Origin: Candidatus Omnitrophota bacterium
Lineage (GTDB): Bacteria > Omnitrophota > Omnitrophia > Omnitrophales > Aquincolibacteriaceae
Assembly: GCA_043803685.1 (NCBI GenBank)
Contig: JAZDJU010000037.1
Span: forward strand, 160,001-224,000
DNA: 64,000 nt
Direction of reading: 5' to 3'
Position numbers and translations under genes: made by a program
Shown: positions 54,890 through 63,636 of the stretch, piece after piece
Numbering within the stretch: the first letter of the stretch is position 1
Layout: each line of letters starts with the position of its first letter
Notes under the pieces: model-generated
Database searches by the model: none
What the model was told of the DNA's origin: nothing
The model's input: only the letters and a program-made list of their open reading frames with translations

Positions 54890-56575
54890 TTAAGGTTGGC
54901 TAGAAAGCTCGGAAAGGAATTTCTGGATGCGAATGCTTCCGGGAAGCGCCTGCCGTCCTTTTTCAAGGACCTCGCGCGCTTCCTTTCCCTCTCTTATCTG
55001 ACAAAGGACCGCGGCCAGATTCAAATAGATCCGTTCTTCGTAGGAATAGATCGCAAGCGCCTTTTCCAAAGCCTCTCTTGCTTTCGGAAATTGTCCCAAA
55101 TGAGCCAGGACCAGACCTTTTTGAAACCAGGATTGGTAAAAGTTCGGATCCATCCGGATCGCCTGGTCATATTCCGCCAAAGCCTCCCAAAACTTTGAGA
55201 GTTTTAAGTAAGACATGCCCATATTATGATGCGTCTGCGGGAATTCATCGCTGATCGCGATGGCTTTCCGGTAATACTCGATCGCGGCCTCGGGCTTTCC
55301 GCTGTCATCGAGCGCCATCGCGTAATTGCTGGTAATCTTCGCGGACCCGGGTTCCCAGTAAAGGATATGCCGGTAAAGTTTTTCGTTCGTCGCCCACCGG
55401 CCATTATTCAGGACCGTCAGAACAGCGAGTGCCGCAAGGATCGTGATAAAAAAGATCCTCCCGAGAGGCCGCCCCACGCCTTTTGTTTCCTCGAGAGGCT
55501 GCGCGAAATCCGCCAGCATGATCACAAGCCCCAGTCCCGGCAGGATGAACCAGTGGTCGTAAAAGATCGCGTTGATCGGGATGAGGAGATTCGAGGTCGG
55601 GAGCGTTGCGACGAGGAACCAGAGGCCGCCCCAAACCGCCTTCGGATATTTCCTCCGACCTAGCCAAAGAGCGAACGCGGTCACAACGAGAAGAAGCGCG
55701 GAACCCCAAACCTGGAACAACCTCAGATCCACGAATACCTTCCAAGATCGCTCATGATGCAGATCATAGGGCGCCACCCAGAGCGCCAGGGCTTTGGGGA
55801 GAGTCGTAAGATAGGTGTAGAGCCGATAAATGAAATGTTCGGTAAAAATATTCGAGTGCTGATAAAAATTGAGCGTGCTCCCGAAATTCAAGACCGTGAG
55901 ACGCAGCGCCATATACCCCGCCGAGATCAAAACGAAAGGCAGAAGGCGTAGCCACACGATCTTCTCACAGCGCATCTTCTGATAGATCCAGAGAAACACC
56001 GGGAAAAGGGCCAGGCTTTCCTTCGAAGTCATGGCGAGAATATGGCACAAGACCGCGAGCCAGGGACGCTTGGAATAAGTCAGGAGCCCCACGCACAGAA
56101 AAAGGATCGCCAGAAGATCGTTCCGCCCCGAGACATAGGCCACGAGCTCGGAGAGGAGCGGATGCACGCAAAAGAGAGCGGCGAAGGCGCCCGCGATCCT
56201 CGGAGAAAAAAGCGAGCGGAATAATTTCAGAACCGCCAACGACATCCCCAGGACCAAAAACAGATTGGTGAGATGGTGGCCCCAGGCCTGGGAACCCCAC
56301 AAGTGGCTATCCAGGAAATGCGTCAGCGCCGGGAACGGCCGGAAAAAATTACTCGGCATCCCCGCACCCGCCACCGCGTTCTTGGTTAAAAGGTCCGGCA
56401 GGAATTTCCAGTGGGTCAGGAAAACATTTTTAACGATGAGTTGCTCGTCTTCCCAGACGAAGGCCCCAGGAATGCAGTTGGCGTAGACCGCCAGGACAAG
56501 GAGTGCGAACCAGAATTCCACGCGGGAGAACAGGGCCCGGACTTTTTCACTGCTCGCGCGCAATATCGCATTCAT
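54890..56575 (-). CDS. TMTC-like membrane glycosyltransferase with C-terminal TPR repeats
   Basis: FVWEDE, FFRP, VHP...E..AYVSGR, SKE; TPRs at the C-terminus. Confidence 0.8.
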   Translation of the reverse strand: MNAILRASSEKVRALFSRVEFWFALLVLAVYANCIPGAFVWEDEQLIVKNVFLTHWKFLPDLLTKNAVAGAGMPSNFFRPFPALTHFLDSHLWGSQAWGHHLTNLFLVLGMSLAVLKLFRSLFSPRIAGAFAALFCVHPLLSELVAYVSGRNDLLAILFLCVGLLTYSKRPWLAVLCHILAMTSKESLALFPVFLWIYQKMRCEKIVWLRLLPFVLISAGYMALRLTVLNFGSTLNFYQHSNIFTEHFIYRLYTYLTTLPKALALWVAPYDLHHERSWKVFVDLRLFQVWGSALLLVVTAFALWLGRRKYPKAVWGGLWFLVATLPTSNLLIPINAIFYDHWFILPGLGLVIMLADFAQPLEETKGVGRPLGRIFFITILAALAVLTVLNNGRWATNEKLYRHILYWEPGSAKITSNYAMALDDSGKPEAAIEYYRKAIAISDEFPQTHHNMGMSYLKLSKFWEALAEYDQAIRMDPNFYQSWFQKGLVLAHLGQFPKAREALEKALAIYSYEERIYLNLAAVLCQIREGKEAREVLEKGRQALPGSIRIQKFLSELSSQP

Positions 56576-56638
56576 CTCTTTTCTTCCATGGTTTTCAGGG
56601 CGACTATTTTTGGCGAGATTGCAGCGCTGTGGTCCTTG

Positions 56639-56673
56639 CGAAACAATGGGGTCTGCCCCCTTTTTCCCTCTAC
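56639..56673. repeat. GGGGTCTG(A/C)CCCC palindrome repeat, left copy
   Basis: 35 bp with 3 mismatches to 58143-58177. Confidence 0.8.
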
Positions 56674-56726
56674 AGCGAACTTTCGGAGCCGTAGCGCGTA
56701 ACTCGTGGTCCGATGCTACCCGCAGC

Positions 56727-58046
56727 TTACAAAGGCTGGCTGACGGGAAGCTCGAAATGGAAAATCGTTCCCTTCCCCGCTTCGCTTTCGACCCAGATCC
56801 GGCCCCCGTGCGCTTCGACCGCCATTTTACAAAAAGTAAGACCGATCCCTTTCCCCACGCTTTTCTTCATTTCCACGTTCTGGACCTGCGCGAACTTTTC
56901 GAAGATCTTTTCGTGATATTCGGGCGGGATCCCCCGGCCCTCATCGCGTACTGAAAAAAGGACCGTTCCCTTTTTCTCCTGAGGCGCCGCCGTGATCTCG
57001 ATCGAAGTTCCGACCGGCGAAAACTTAAAAGCATTCCCGATCAAATTGAGGAACACCCTCCGGATGAGAAAAACATCCCCGCAGATCCCGGAGACCGGCG
57101 GCTCGATCCCTGAACGCAGGGTGATCTTCCGGGTCTTGGCCATCTCTGAAAAATTCCGGAGAATGTCTTCGACCAGCTCCCCCACCTGGATCTTTTCATG
57201 CTTTAAAACCATCTTTCCTTCTTCCATCTTGCTGATGTCCAAAAGTTCGGAGATCATCGCGATCATTTCCCGGCTCTCCCTCAAACAAAGTTCCAGGACC
57301 CGGTCCACGTCCGCCTGCCCTTTTCCGCGCACTTTACCATCCAGATATTCCAACCCTTCGAATACCGCGTTCAAGGGATGGTTCAGGTCATGGACGATCA
57401 TCTGCGCCAGCAATTCCTTGGTCCGCTCGAGCTCCTTGATCTGGCTAATGTCCCGGGAGACCCCGAACACGCAGGCGATCTTTCCGTCCTCGTCTCTCAC
57501 GGGAGCCATGGTTTCGAGGCAGACCTCGCGCACTGAACCTTCGTGCGTATGCCGGATCTCGATCGTCTCGATATTTCCTTTCTGGGCTTCTTGAAAAGCT
57601 TCGATGAATTTATGCCGGTCCTCTTCAACAATGCCTTCCAGGAGATCACACCGCTTCGCCTCCTCGAGGTCCTTCAGACGGTGCTCCTGGAGCCCGCCGC
57701 GATTGATGTAGATCAGCTTGCGATCCATATCAAAAAGCTTGATGCAGTCCGGAGAAGTTTCCGCTAGCGACTTGTACCGCTCTTCACTCGTCCTCAATTG
57801 CTTTTCGAGTTTTCCCCGCATTTGATTTTCCCTGACAAGAGGCGCGACGCCGAACAGATAGAACAGGGGGAAAACGACAAGAGCCAGTACCGCGCTATCG
57901 AGAAAGGCTTTCAAAGACGGTGGGATGTTCCAGGGGGCAGAGTCGAAGAGATACATGATCCCGAGCTCGATCAAAAAAATACATGCGCTCAGGAGGATCA
58001 GCAGGAAAAAAGCCGGAGACTTCTTTGTCTCTTCTGGGGTTCTCAT
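56727..58046 (-). CDS. PAS-domain sensor histidine kinase
   Basis: Two TM, PAS, MIVHDLNHPL, NLIGNAFKF, DEGRGI, GIGL. Confidence 0.9.
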   Translation of the reverse strand: MRTPEETKKSPAFFLLILLSACIFLIELGIMYLFDSAPWNIPPSLKAFLDSAVLALVVFPLFYLFGVAPLVRENQMRGKLEKQLRTSEERYKSLAETSPDCIKLFDMDRKLIYINRGGLQEHRLKDLEEAKRCDLLEGIVEEDRHKFIEAFQEAQKGNIETIEIRHTHEGSVREVCLETMAPVRDEDGKIACVFGVSRDISQIKELERTKELLAQMIVHDLNHPLNAVFEGLEYLDGKVRGKGQADVDRVLELCLRESREMIAMISELLDISKMEEGKMVLKHEKIQVGELVEDILRNFSEMAKTRKITLRSGIEPPVSGICGDVFLIRRVFLNLIGNAFKFSPVGTSIEITAAPQEKKGTVLFSVRDEGRGIPPEYHEKIFEKFAQVQNVEMKKSVGKGIGLTFCKMAVEAHGGRIWVESEAGKGTIFHFELPVSQPL

Positions 58047-58113
58047 CGTTCTTTCTTCGGCTGAAAATTCCCTTCGCTTGACCTGGAAAGTCAAGGCTAC
58101 GTGGCGCGCGGTA

Positions 58114-58177
58114 CGAAATAATGGGGTCTGACCCCTTTTTCTCGAAATAATGGGGTCTGACCCCTTTTTCTCTCTAC
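58114..58177. repeat. Perfect 29-bp tandem duplication containing GGGGTCTGACCCC
   Basis: CGAAATAATGGGGTCTGACCCCTTTTTCT twice (58114-58142 and 58143-58171). Confidence 0.9.
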
Positions 58178-58611
58178 GTCTGTTTCGCCTGCTCGGCAAA
58201 TCCGAGGATGTAACCGTTGCAATCCCGGATGTAGAATTCCTTCATCCCGTACCAGGTCGTGGCAAGATCTTTGAGCATTTCGACCCCGTTCTTTTGGAAC
58301 TGGCCGTAGAGCTCGCCGACATTGTCGACATCGCAGTAGAAAGTGGCGGAGGCGCCCAGAGGCGCGCCTTTGAGCGCCGGGACATCTTCTTCGTAGACGT
58401 CCTTACGCATGAACATCACGAACACTTCATCCCGGCACACCATGGCGTAGACATAGGACTTGCCGCTGACAAGCCCGGTCTCGACCGTCTTTTCGTTTTC
58501 CGGCACAAGCATCGCGAGCTTAAAGCCCAGCTTTTCCGTGTAGAACTTGACGGTTTGTGCCACATCGGAGACCATAAGATCCGGCGTAAGCTTCTTAAAT
58601 TTGATTTCCAT
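58174..58611 (-). CDS. VOC/glyoxalase family protein
   Basis: LTPDLMVSDV...FYTEKLGF, WYGMKEFYIRDCNGY. Confidence 0.9.
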   Translation of the reverse strand: MEIKFKKLTPDLMVSDVAQTVKFYTEKLGFKLAMLVPENEKTVETGLVSGKSYVYAMVCRDEVFVMFMRKDVYEEDVPALKGAPLGASATFYCDVDNVGELYGQFQKNGVEMLKDLATTWYGMKEFYIRDCNGYILGFAEQAKQT

Positions 58612-58666
58612 GGAACCCTCCTGATTTTTCAAATGCTGCCGCTCTTGTGGGTGCAAACGCCCCGAT

Positions 58667-59272
58667 TCACGCCGCTTTCGCTTTTCTCCTGAAAAAATGC
58701 TCGAAAAGCGCCAGAAGAGGAATGATCCAGAAAATATCCGCGGAGATCCACGGATTGACCTGCGACAGGATCATGGCGACCGCGGCGACGCCCATAAAAA
58801 GGAGACATTTATTCCTGCCAAAAGCAACGTTCGAACCCCCGATCTCAGGATCCACCAAACGATGTCCGCCCGTCGCGTAGGTCCAATTGACGAGGAAGAG
58901 CAGACCCACAATGAACAGATTGGCCCCAAAGAGGATCTCCGCGAGATCTTGATCCGGGAATTCCGTCACAAGCGACGTGGAAAAGGGAAAAAGCGCGATA
59001 AAAAAAAGCATGAGAATGTTGATCCAGATATGCGCGCGGTCCGTCCGCTTGATGAAATGAGCTTGCTCATGATGCTGGATCCAGAAGATCGCCAGAAGCG
59101 CGAAGCTGAGCGCGTAATTGACAATGTCGTGGATCTTGAGGCGCATCATCATCATAAAACCTTCGCCGTGGATCACCGTCTCCCGTTGAGGGACCACGAC
59201 CGTCATCACCAAAAGCGTCATCACGATCGCGAAGATCCCGTCCACAAGCGTCTCGATCCTGTTTTTCTCCAT
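58667..59272 (-). CDS. TMEM175-family potassium channel
   Basis: RIETLVDGIFAIVMTLLV, YALSF...FWIQHH, FPFST. Confidence 0.85.
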   Translation of the reverse strand: MEKNRIETLVDGIFAIVMTLLVMTVVVPQRETVIHGEGFMMMMRLKIHDIVNYALSFALLAIFWIQHHEQAHFIKRTDRAHIWINILMLFFIALFPFSTSLVTEFPDQDLAEILFGANLFIVGLLFLVNWTYATGGHRLVDPEIGGSNVAFGRNKCLLFMGVAAVAMILSQVNPWISADIFWIIPLLALFEHFFRRKAKAA

Positions 59273-59369
59273 AAAGTACTCACCGAAACGACTCATCACA
59301 AAATCTCCGTTTTATACAGGCCCCTTCAAATAGCGCCGGCACCGTTCTTGGCCGGAGAAAGCGGCCGGT

Positions 59370-60269
59370 TCACACTGAAGCGATATTCGCTTTCAAATAG
59401 TCCTGATAGATGTCCAGGATCTCTTCGCGTTCCAGGTGCAGAAAATGACCGGCGTTCGGGATAATGCGCACCTCGGTGTTAGGGATCAGCTTTGAAGCCG
59501 CCTCGAGATCGCGATTATCAAGCAATTGATCATCGGCCCCATTAATGATCACCGTTTTCGCGCGGACTTTCCCGAGGTCCGCGTAATCCGTTAAATGGCT
59601 CGTCGAAGCGATCACCTTGATATGCTCATAAAAAGAATCGAATTGCTCGTTCGTCAAATTCTGGAACTGAAGGATCATTCTGCGCTTATTTTCTTCGGAA
59701 AGCCGCTGACCGAACATTTCAATAATGAGTTTCGCTCCGTCGCTCCGGTGTTCGCTGAAATACAATTGGCGCGCGCCCTCGACCACCTTCATCATCTGAG
59801 GCGAAGGCTGAAGTCCGAAACTTGCCAGAAGCAGGAATTTGACGCGCTCGGGGTCCCTCGCGGCGTAGATCGCCGCAATGACCGCTCCCCAGGAGGCTCC
59901 CACCAGGTGAATGGGTTCTTCCGGTTTCAGGATCGCATGGATCAGGGAGCGCAGGACCTCGACCTGCTCATCAATGCTGACGGCGGCGCTCCCCGATAAA
60001 ATAGTTCCGCGGGCCTGGCCCGGCGCATCGTAAAGAAGGATCCGATAAGAGCCCGAGAACTTCAACACAGCCGCGTGCCAGGAAGCCATGGTCTGCTGAG
60101 CCCCGTTGACACAAATAATAAAAGGCCCCGAATGACCGTAGATCCGGTACGTGACACGGAACCGCCCGAGATCGCGCTTCCCTTTCTCCGCGGGAACGAT
60201 CCGTAAAACAGGACGCGCCTCCTTTTTCACTCCGTCAGAAGAACGATCCACCTTTTCAGAATTCTGCAC
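59370..60269 (-). CDS. Alpha/beta hydrolase, RhlA/PhaG-like
   Basis: VNGAQQTMASW, GASWG nucleophile elbow, INGADD, GHFLHLE. Confidence 0.8.
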   Translation of the reverse strand: MQNSEKVDRSSDGVKKEARPVLRIVPAEKGKRDLGRFRVTYRIYGHSGPFIICVNGAQQTMASWHAAVLKFSGSYRILLYDAPGQARGTILSGSAAVSIDEQVEVLRSLIHAILKPEEPIHLVGASWGAVIAAIYAARDPERVKFLLLASFGLQPSPQMMKVVEGARQLYFSEHRSDGAKLIIEMFGQRLSEENKRRMILQFQNLTNEQFDSFYEHIKVIASTSHLTDYADLGKVRAKTVIINGADDQLLDNRDLEAASKLIPNTEVRIIPNAGHFLHLEREEILDIYQDYLKANIASV

Positions 60270-60332
60270 GTCAAAACCCCCTCAATCAATGGCCCGCGGC
60301 CCGCGTTTTGAAATTTAGCTTTCTACCGGGGT

Positions 60333-60983
60333 TCATGCCCCTTCCTTCCGGACCACCGAGGCCATAAGGGCCTGCGAGTCCACCACAGAATGATCCCCGA
60401 ACCAAATGGCCCACAGAGTACGCGCGAAAAGCTCGCTTCTCGCGTCGCCCAGTTTTTGCCCGTTCAGCTCCAAATACACACGCCCGCCGCTGATCCAGCG
60501 CATCACAAAAACATCGCCTTTATTCACCGGGCGGACAAAATAGCCTAGCATCTGTTCTACCAGGGGTTCGATCTCCCGGTATTCTGACGGCGTGGTATTC
60601 AGTTCAAAATCCTCTCGCAGGACCCGGATGATCTTTTCAGCCGGCACATTGCGGGCATATTGAATGGTCAGCTGCTTCGCGGGCCCGTCCACTAAGAGGT
60701 CCCTCACCCTGAGAGAGCCGGCGCCTCGTGGGATCTCTAAATAGTGCGCGATCGCGTAAACTCTGAAGAACCATTTGGTGCGTGCCGCGATCCCGGTCAA
60801 CCGGAGCGTATGATCCTCTCCGTCTTGCGAAAACCGGACCTCGGAAGGAAAAGCGATCCCGGTCACAGGCTCCACAACACTTGTCTGAAGCTCGCCGGCG
60901 ACTCCCTGCGCTCCCGCTCCCGCGACGAGCAGGAGGGATAACATCCCGGTCAAAATGAGTTTTACCTTAGGATCTTTTTTCAT
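60333..60983 (-). CDS. Chalcone-isomerase-like exported protein
   Basis: Signal peptide, LTGIAARTKWFFRVYA, FARTLWAIWFG. Confidence 0.8.
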   Translation of the reverse strand: MKKDPKVKLILTGMLSLLLVAGAGAQGVAGELQTSVVEPVTGIAFPSEVRFSQDGEDHTLRLTGIAARTKWFFRVYAIAHYLEIPRGAGSLRVRDLLVDGPAKQLTIQYARNVPAEKIIRVLREDFELNTTPSEYREIEPLVEQMLGYFVRPVNKGDVFVMRWISGGRVYLELNGQKLGDARSELFARTLWAIWFGDHSVVDSQALMASVVRKEGA

Positions 60984-61143
60984 GCTTTTTCCTGTGAGAG
61001 TTCGTCCTTGAGACTAAGGTCGAGCGAAAGATCCTGCAACCCCGTCCCGTGATGAATTTGGCCCATGAAGTCTTCGTCATCCACGCCCCCTGTCTTGAGC
61101 CCTTTTGCGCCGCATGTTCTATCCGAAAAATTTCATAGACGGC

Positions 61144-61165
61144 TCCGTCCACGCTGTGTGGCGGA
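61144..61165. repeat. TCCG(T)CCA..TGG(A)CGGA hairpin, left copy
   Basis: Its reverse complement matches 61763-61785 in the stems. Confidence 0.6.
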
Positions 61166-61177
61166 TATCCTTCTATT

Positions 61178-61696
61178 CTACATTTGCTGGCTGTCGTAGG
61201 CCCAGTGAAGCACGGCCTGCCGCTGTCTCGGACGGCACGCCAGGTCCCCGCGGACGCAATTCTTGCGGATCTGCGTGATGTGCCGCCTGATCGCGAGCCA
61301 TCGCCGGACCTGGCGGTCATCTTCTTCCGGGATCCTCCGCCCCCTGTAATAGCGACAATACCATTGGAACCATCCCCGCGGATCTTCGGAAGAGATCCAC
61401 CGTTTCTTTCTCCAGACCGAAAGCGGCTGGCTTGCGTTCACGCCGAAAAAATTAAGGGCAGGGTCATGTTTTTCGGGGCACAGCTTCGCTTCCCGGAACC
61501 AGTCCCGAGGAAATTCTTTTTGGCAGTCCGTCATGTATTTACCGCCGAACACCCCCAGCCGCAGCATTTCCTTCGGCGTCAGTTCGGGCTTGAACCGGGG
61601 ATCGAAATTCTTTCCCTCAGGCTCGGAAAGAACGTACCGGTATCCCTTTTGCATCTTATCGTTCACCGTGACCATCTTTTTTTTGCGTCTAGCCAT
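61178..61696 (-). CDS. Conserved hypothetical protein (FKPELTPKEML...GWFQWYCRY family)
   Basis: Motif-rich: LGVFGGKY, NFFGVNASQPL, DPRGWFQWYCRYY.GRR, RQRQA.LHWAYD. Confidence 0.8.
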   Translation of the reverse strand: MARRKKKMVTVNDKMQKGYRYVLSEPEGKNFDPRFKPELTPKEMLRLGVFGGKYMTDCQKEFPRDWFREAKLCPEKHDPALNFFGVNASQPLSVWRKKRWISSEDPRGWFQWYCRYYRGRRIPEEDDRQVRRWLAIRRHITQIRKNCVRGDLACRPRQRQAVLHWAYDSQQM

Positions 61697-61762
61697 ATCC
61701 GCCGTTCCTTTTTCGCTTGTTCAAGGATACCGGGCACCGCGCGCCGTTCATTGTTATCCCCG

Positions 61763-61807
61763 TCCGCCATAAGGCGTTGGACGGATCCGCTGCTGCTGTC
61801 TGGCGGA
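61763..61807. repeat. TCCGCCA..TGGACGGA hairpin plus a second TCCGC..GCGGA hairpin
   Basis: Inverted relative to 61144-61165. Confidence 0.6.
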
Positions 61808-61986
61808 CATGAATTCAGCGGCGCTAGCTCTCATCAAAAATCTTATTGAACCTTTGACATATTCGGTGCGAAATCACCGGCCGGCACGCTCGAAACTGCA
61901 GACGTCAGATGAAAATGGCGGGGGAACCTTGCGGAGTTTCAACTTAGAAAAGCATTGCGCCGTCACCCCGCCCCCCCTAATAAAGA

Positions 61987-63618
61987 TTAAGGATAAGGAA
62001 TAATGATCGGATCTTTTTTTTCTTCCGCTTTCGGCATTCGCTTCCCCATATCTTCATCCCACTTGAGAAGCGGCTTTTTCAACTGATCTACAATTTCAGG
62101 ATGCTGATCAGCGACGTTAACCTGCTCATACGGATCTTTTTTGAGATCATACAGTTCCTGCGGCTCAATATTGATTTTCTGTTTTGATACAAAACCCCAC
62201 CATGACATTTCTTCCAAAAAGGCCTTATTGCGCCTTAGTATCAGCTTCCAATCCTTGGTTCTGATGCCGATATCATAAAGGGGGTATTGATCCTCGGGAT
62301 GTAACCGATAATAATCAATGCATTTTGTTTTATACTTTTCGAAAAATTCCTCCTCCGCATCCGTAATCCACTGTCCACGCTCTCTTAAGCGATCTTCCAC
62401 CAATGAAACTCGCAAGGCGTCTTCCCACAAAGGTATCCGGATCATATAAGCATACGGACTCAGCCCCTCTGTCTTGCCGCGCTCGATCAAAGGCATCAAC
62501 GTATGGCCCTGAGACTCATGAGGCGCGGGTATATCAAGATAATCCAGTATTGTTGGTACAATGTTAACGCCTTGCACCTGAAAATCGATCTTCTTGCCTT
62601 TAAACTTCCCCCCCGGGAACTTTATCATCAGCGCATTCTTCACTTCCGTATCGTAAATATCATAATGTGAAAAATAACCATGTTCTCCCAGGTCTTCACC
62701 ATGCACGGAATACAAAACGATCAATGTCCTGTCTAAAAGACCGGACTCTTTAAGGACCGACATGAGTTTCCCGATAAACTGATCGGTATAATGTATCCCT
62801 GCGTCATACCTTGAAATAATGTACCCGACGTCTTCTTTCTTAAGTTTGTACGGCACAGCAGAATCGCCATAACAATAGCCTTGATAGATCCTCGAAAGAA
62901 CACCCGCTGGCACCGCTTGCTTATTATTTATAAATGAAGAGCCGACCTTAAAGAACGGCTCATACCCCTTTGTATCAAAAATGCTTTTATGCGGCTCAGG
63001 AACTCTCCAAGAATAGGGCCAATGCACTGTGCCCAAAGGAAGCCATAAAAAGAATTTCTTAGACTTGTTCATCTTGATCCAGGTTAATGCTTGGTCTGGA
63101 ATAACGCGGTATCTGCTCGGTTGATAGATATCAAAGGACCGGCTAAAAATACTGCCGGGATCATTTATTTTTCCATCACGGTCTTGATATTGCCGAAAAA
63201 ATTCTGGCGAGCCCAAAAAGGCCGCGTTGGTATATCCGTATATTTTAAAAATATCAGGCAAAACCGGTGGGATTACAAGTTTACTATCTGTCTGAAATGA
63301 AACAACGCCGTTACTTTTCGGATATTGGGCCGAAAAGATACTCATCTGGCTTACAGGCGTTAAATAGGCCTGTACAATGAAATCATTAAAAAGCACTGCT
63401 TTTTTGGCAAGGCTATCTATGTTTTTACTTGTCTTCCTTCGATAGCCATAACATCCCAAATGGTCATTCCGGAGCGTGTCAATCCCGATAAAGATGACGT
63501 TTGTATTCTTATGCCGCGGCCGCGCCTCACCAGCATAACTGCTTGTGCCTAGAACAAAAAAACAACAAACAAGCAAGAACACCCTTTTTGCGAATAAAAC
63601 ATCGGTCAATATTTTCAT
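61987..63618 (-). CDS. Sulfatase/alkaline-phosphatase-superfamily exported protein
   Basis: NVIFIGIDTLRNDH, HWPY, YDAGI..TD, HGEDLGEHG, ELYDLKKDPYE. Confidence 0.88.
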   Translation of the reverse strand: MKILTDVLFAKRVFLLVCCFFVLGTSSYAGEARPRHKNTNVIFIGIDTLRNDHLGCYGYRRKTSKNIDSLAKKAVLFNDFIVQAYLTPVSQMSIFSAQYPKSNGVVSFQTDSKLVIPPVLPDIFKIYGYTNAAFLGSPEFFRQYQDRDGKINDPGSIFSRSFDIYQPSRYRVIPDQALTWIKMNKSKKFFLWLPLGTVHWPYSWRVPEPHKSIFDTKGYEPFFKVGSSFINNKQAVPAGVLSRIYQGYCYGDSAVPYKLKKEDVGYIISRYDAGIHYTDQFIGKLMSVLKESGLLDRTLIVLYSVHGEDLGEHGYFSHYDIYDTEVKNALMIKFPGGKFKGKKIDFQVQGVNIVPTILDYLDIPAPHESQGHTLMPLIERGKTEGLSPYAYMIRIPLWEDALRVSLVEDRLRERGQWITDAEEEFFEKYKTKCIDYYRLHPEDQYPLYDIGIRTKDWKLILRRNKAFLEEMSWWGFVSKQKINIEPQELYDLKKDPYEQVNVADQHPEIVDQLKKPLLKWDEDMGKRMPKAEEKKDPIIIPYP

Positions 63619-63636
63619 ATGCCCACCACCCCTACA

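Noticed and set aside
49000..62000. Integron cassette array
   Set aside because: The genes are co-oriented and unrelated, but the spacers lack consistent RYYYAAC...GTTRRRY attC ends and no intI is present.
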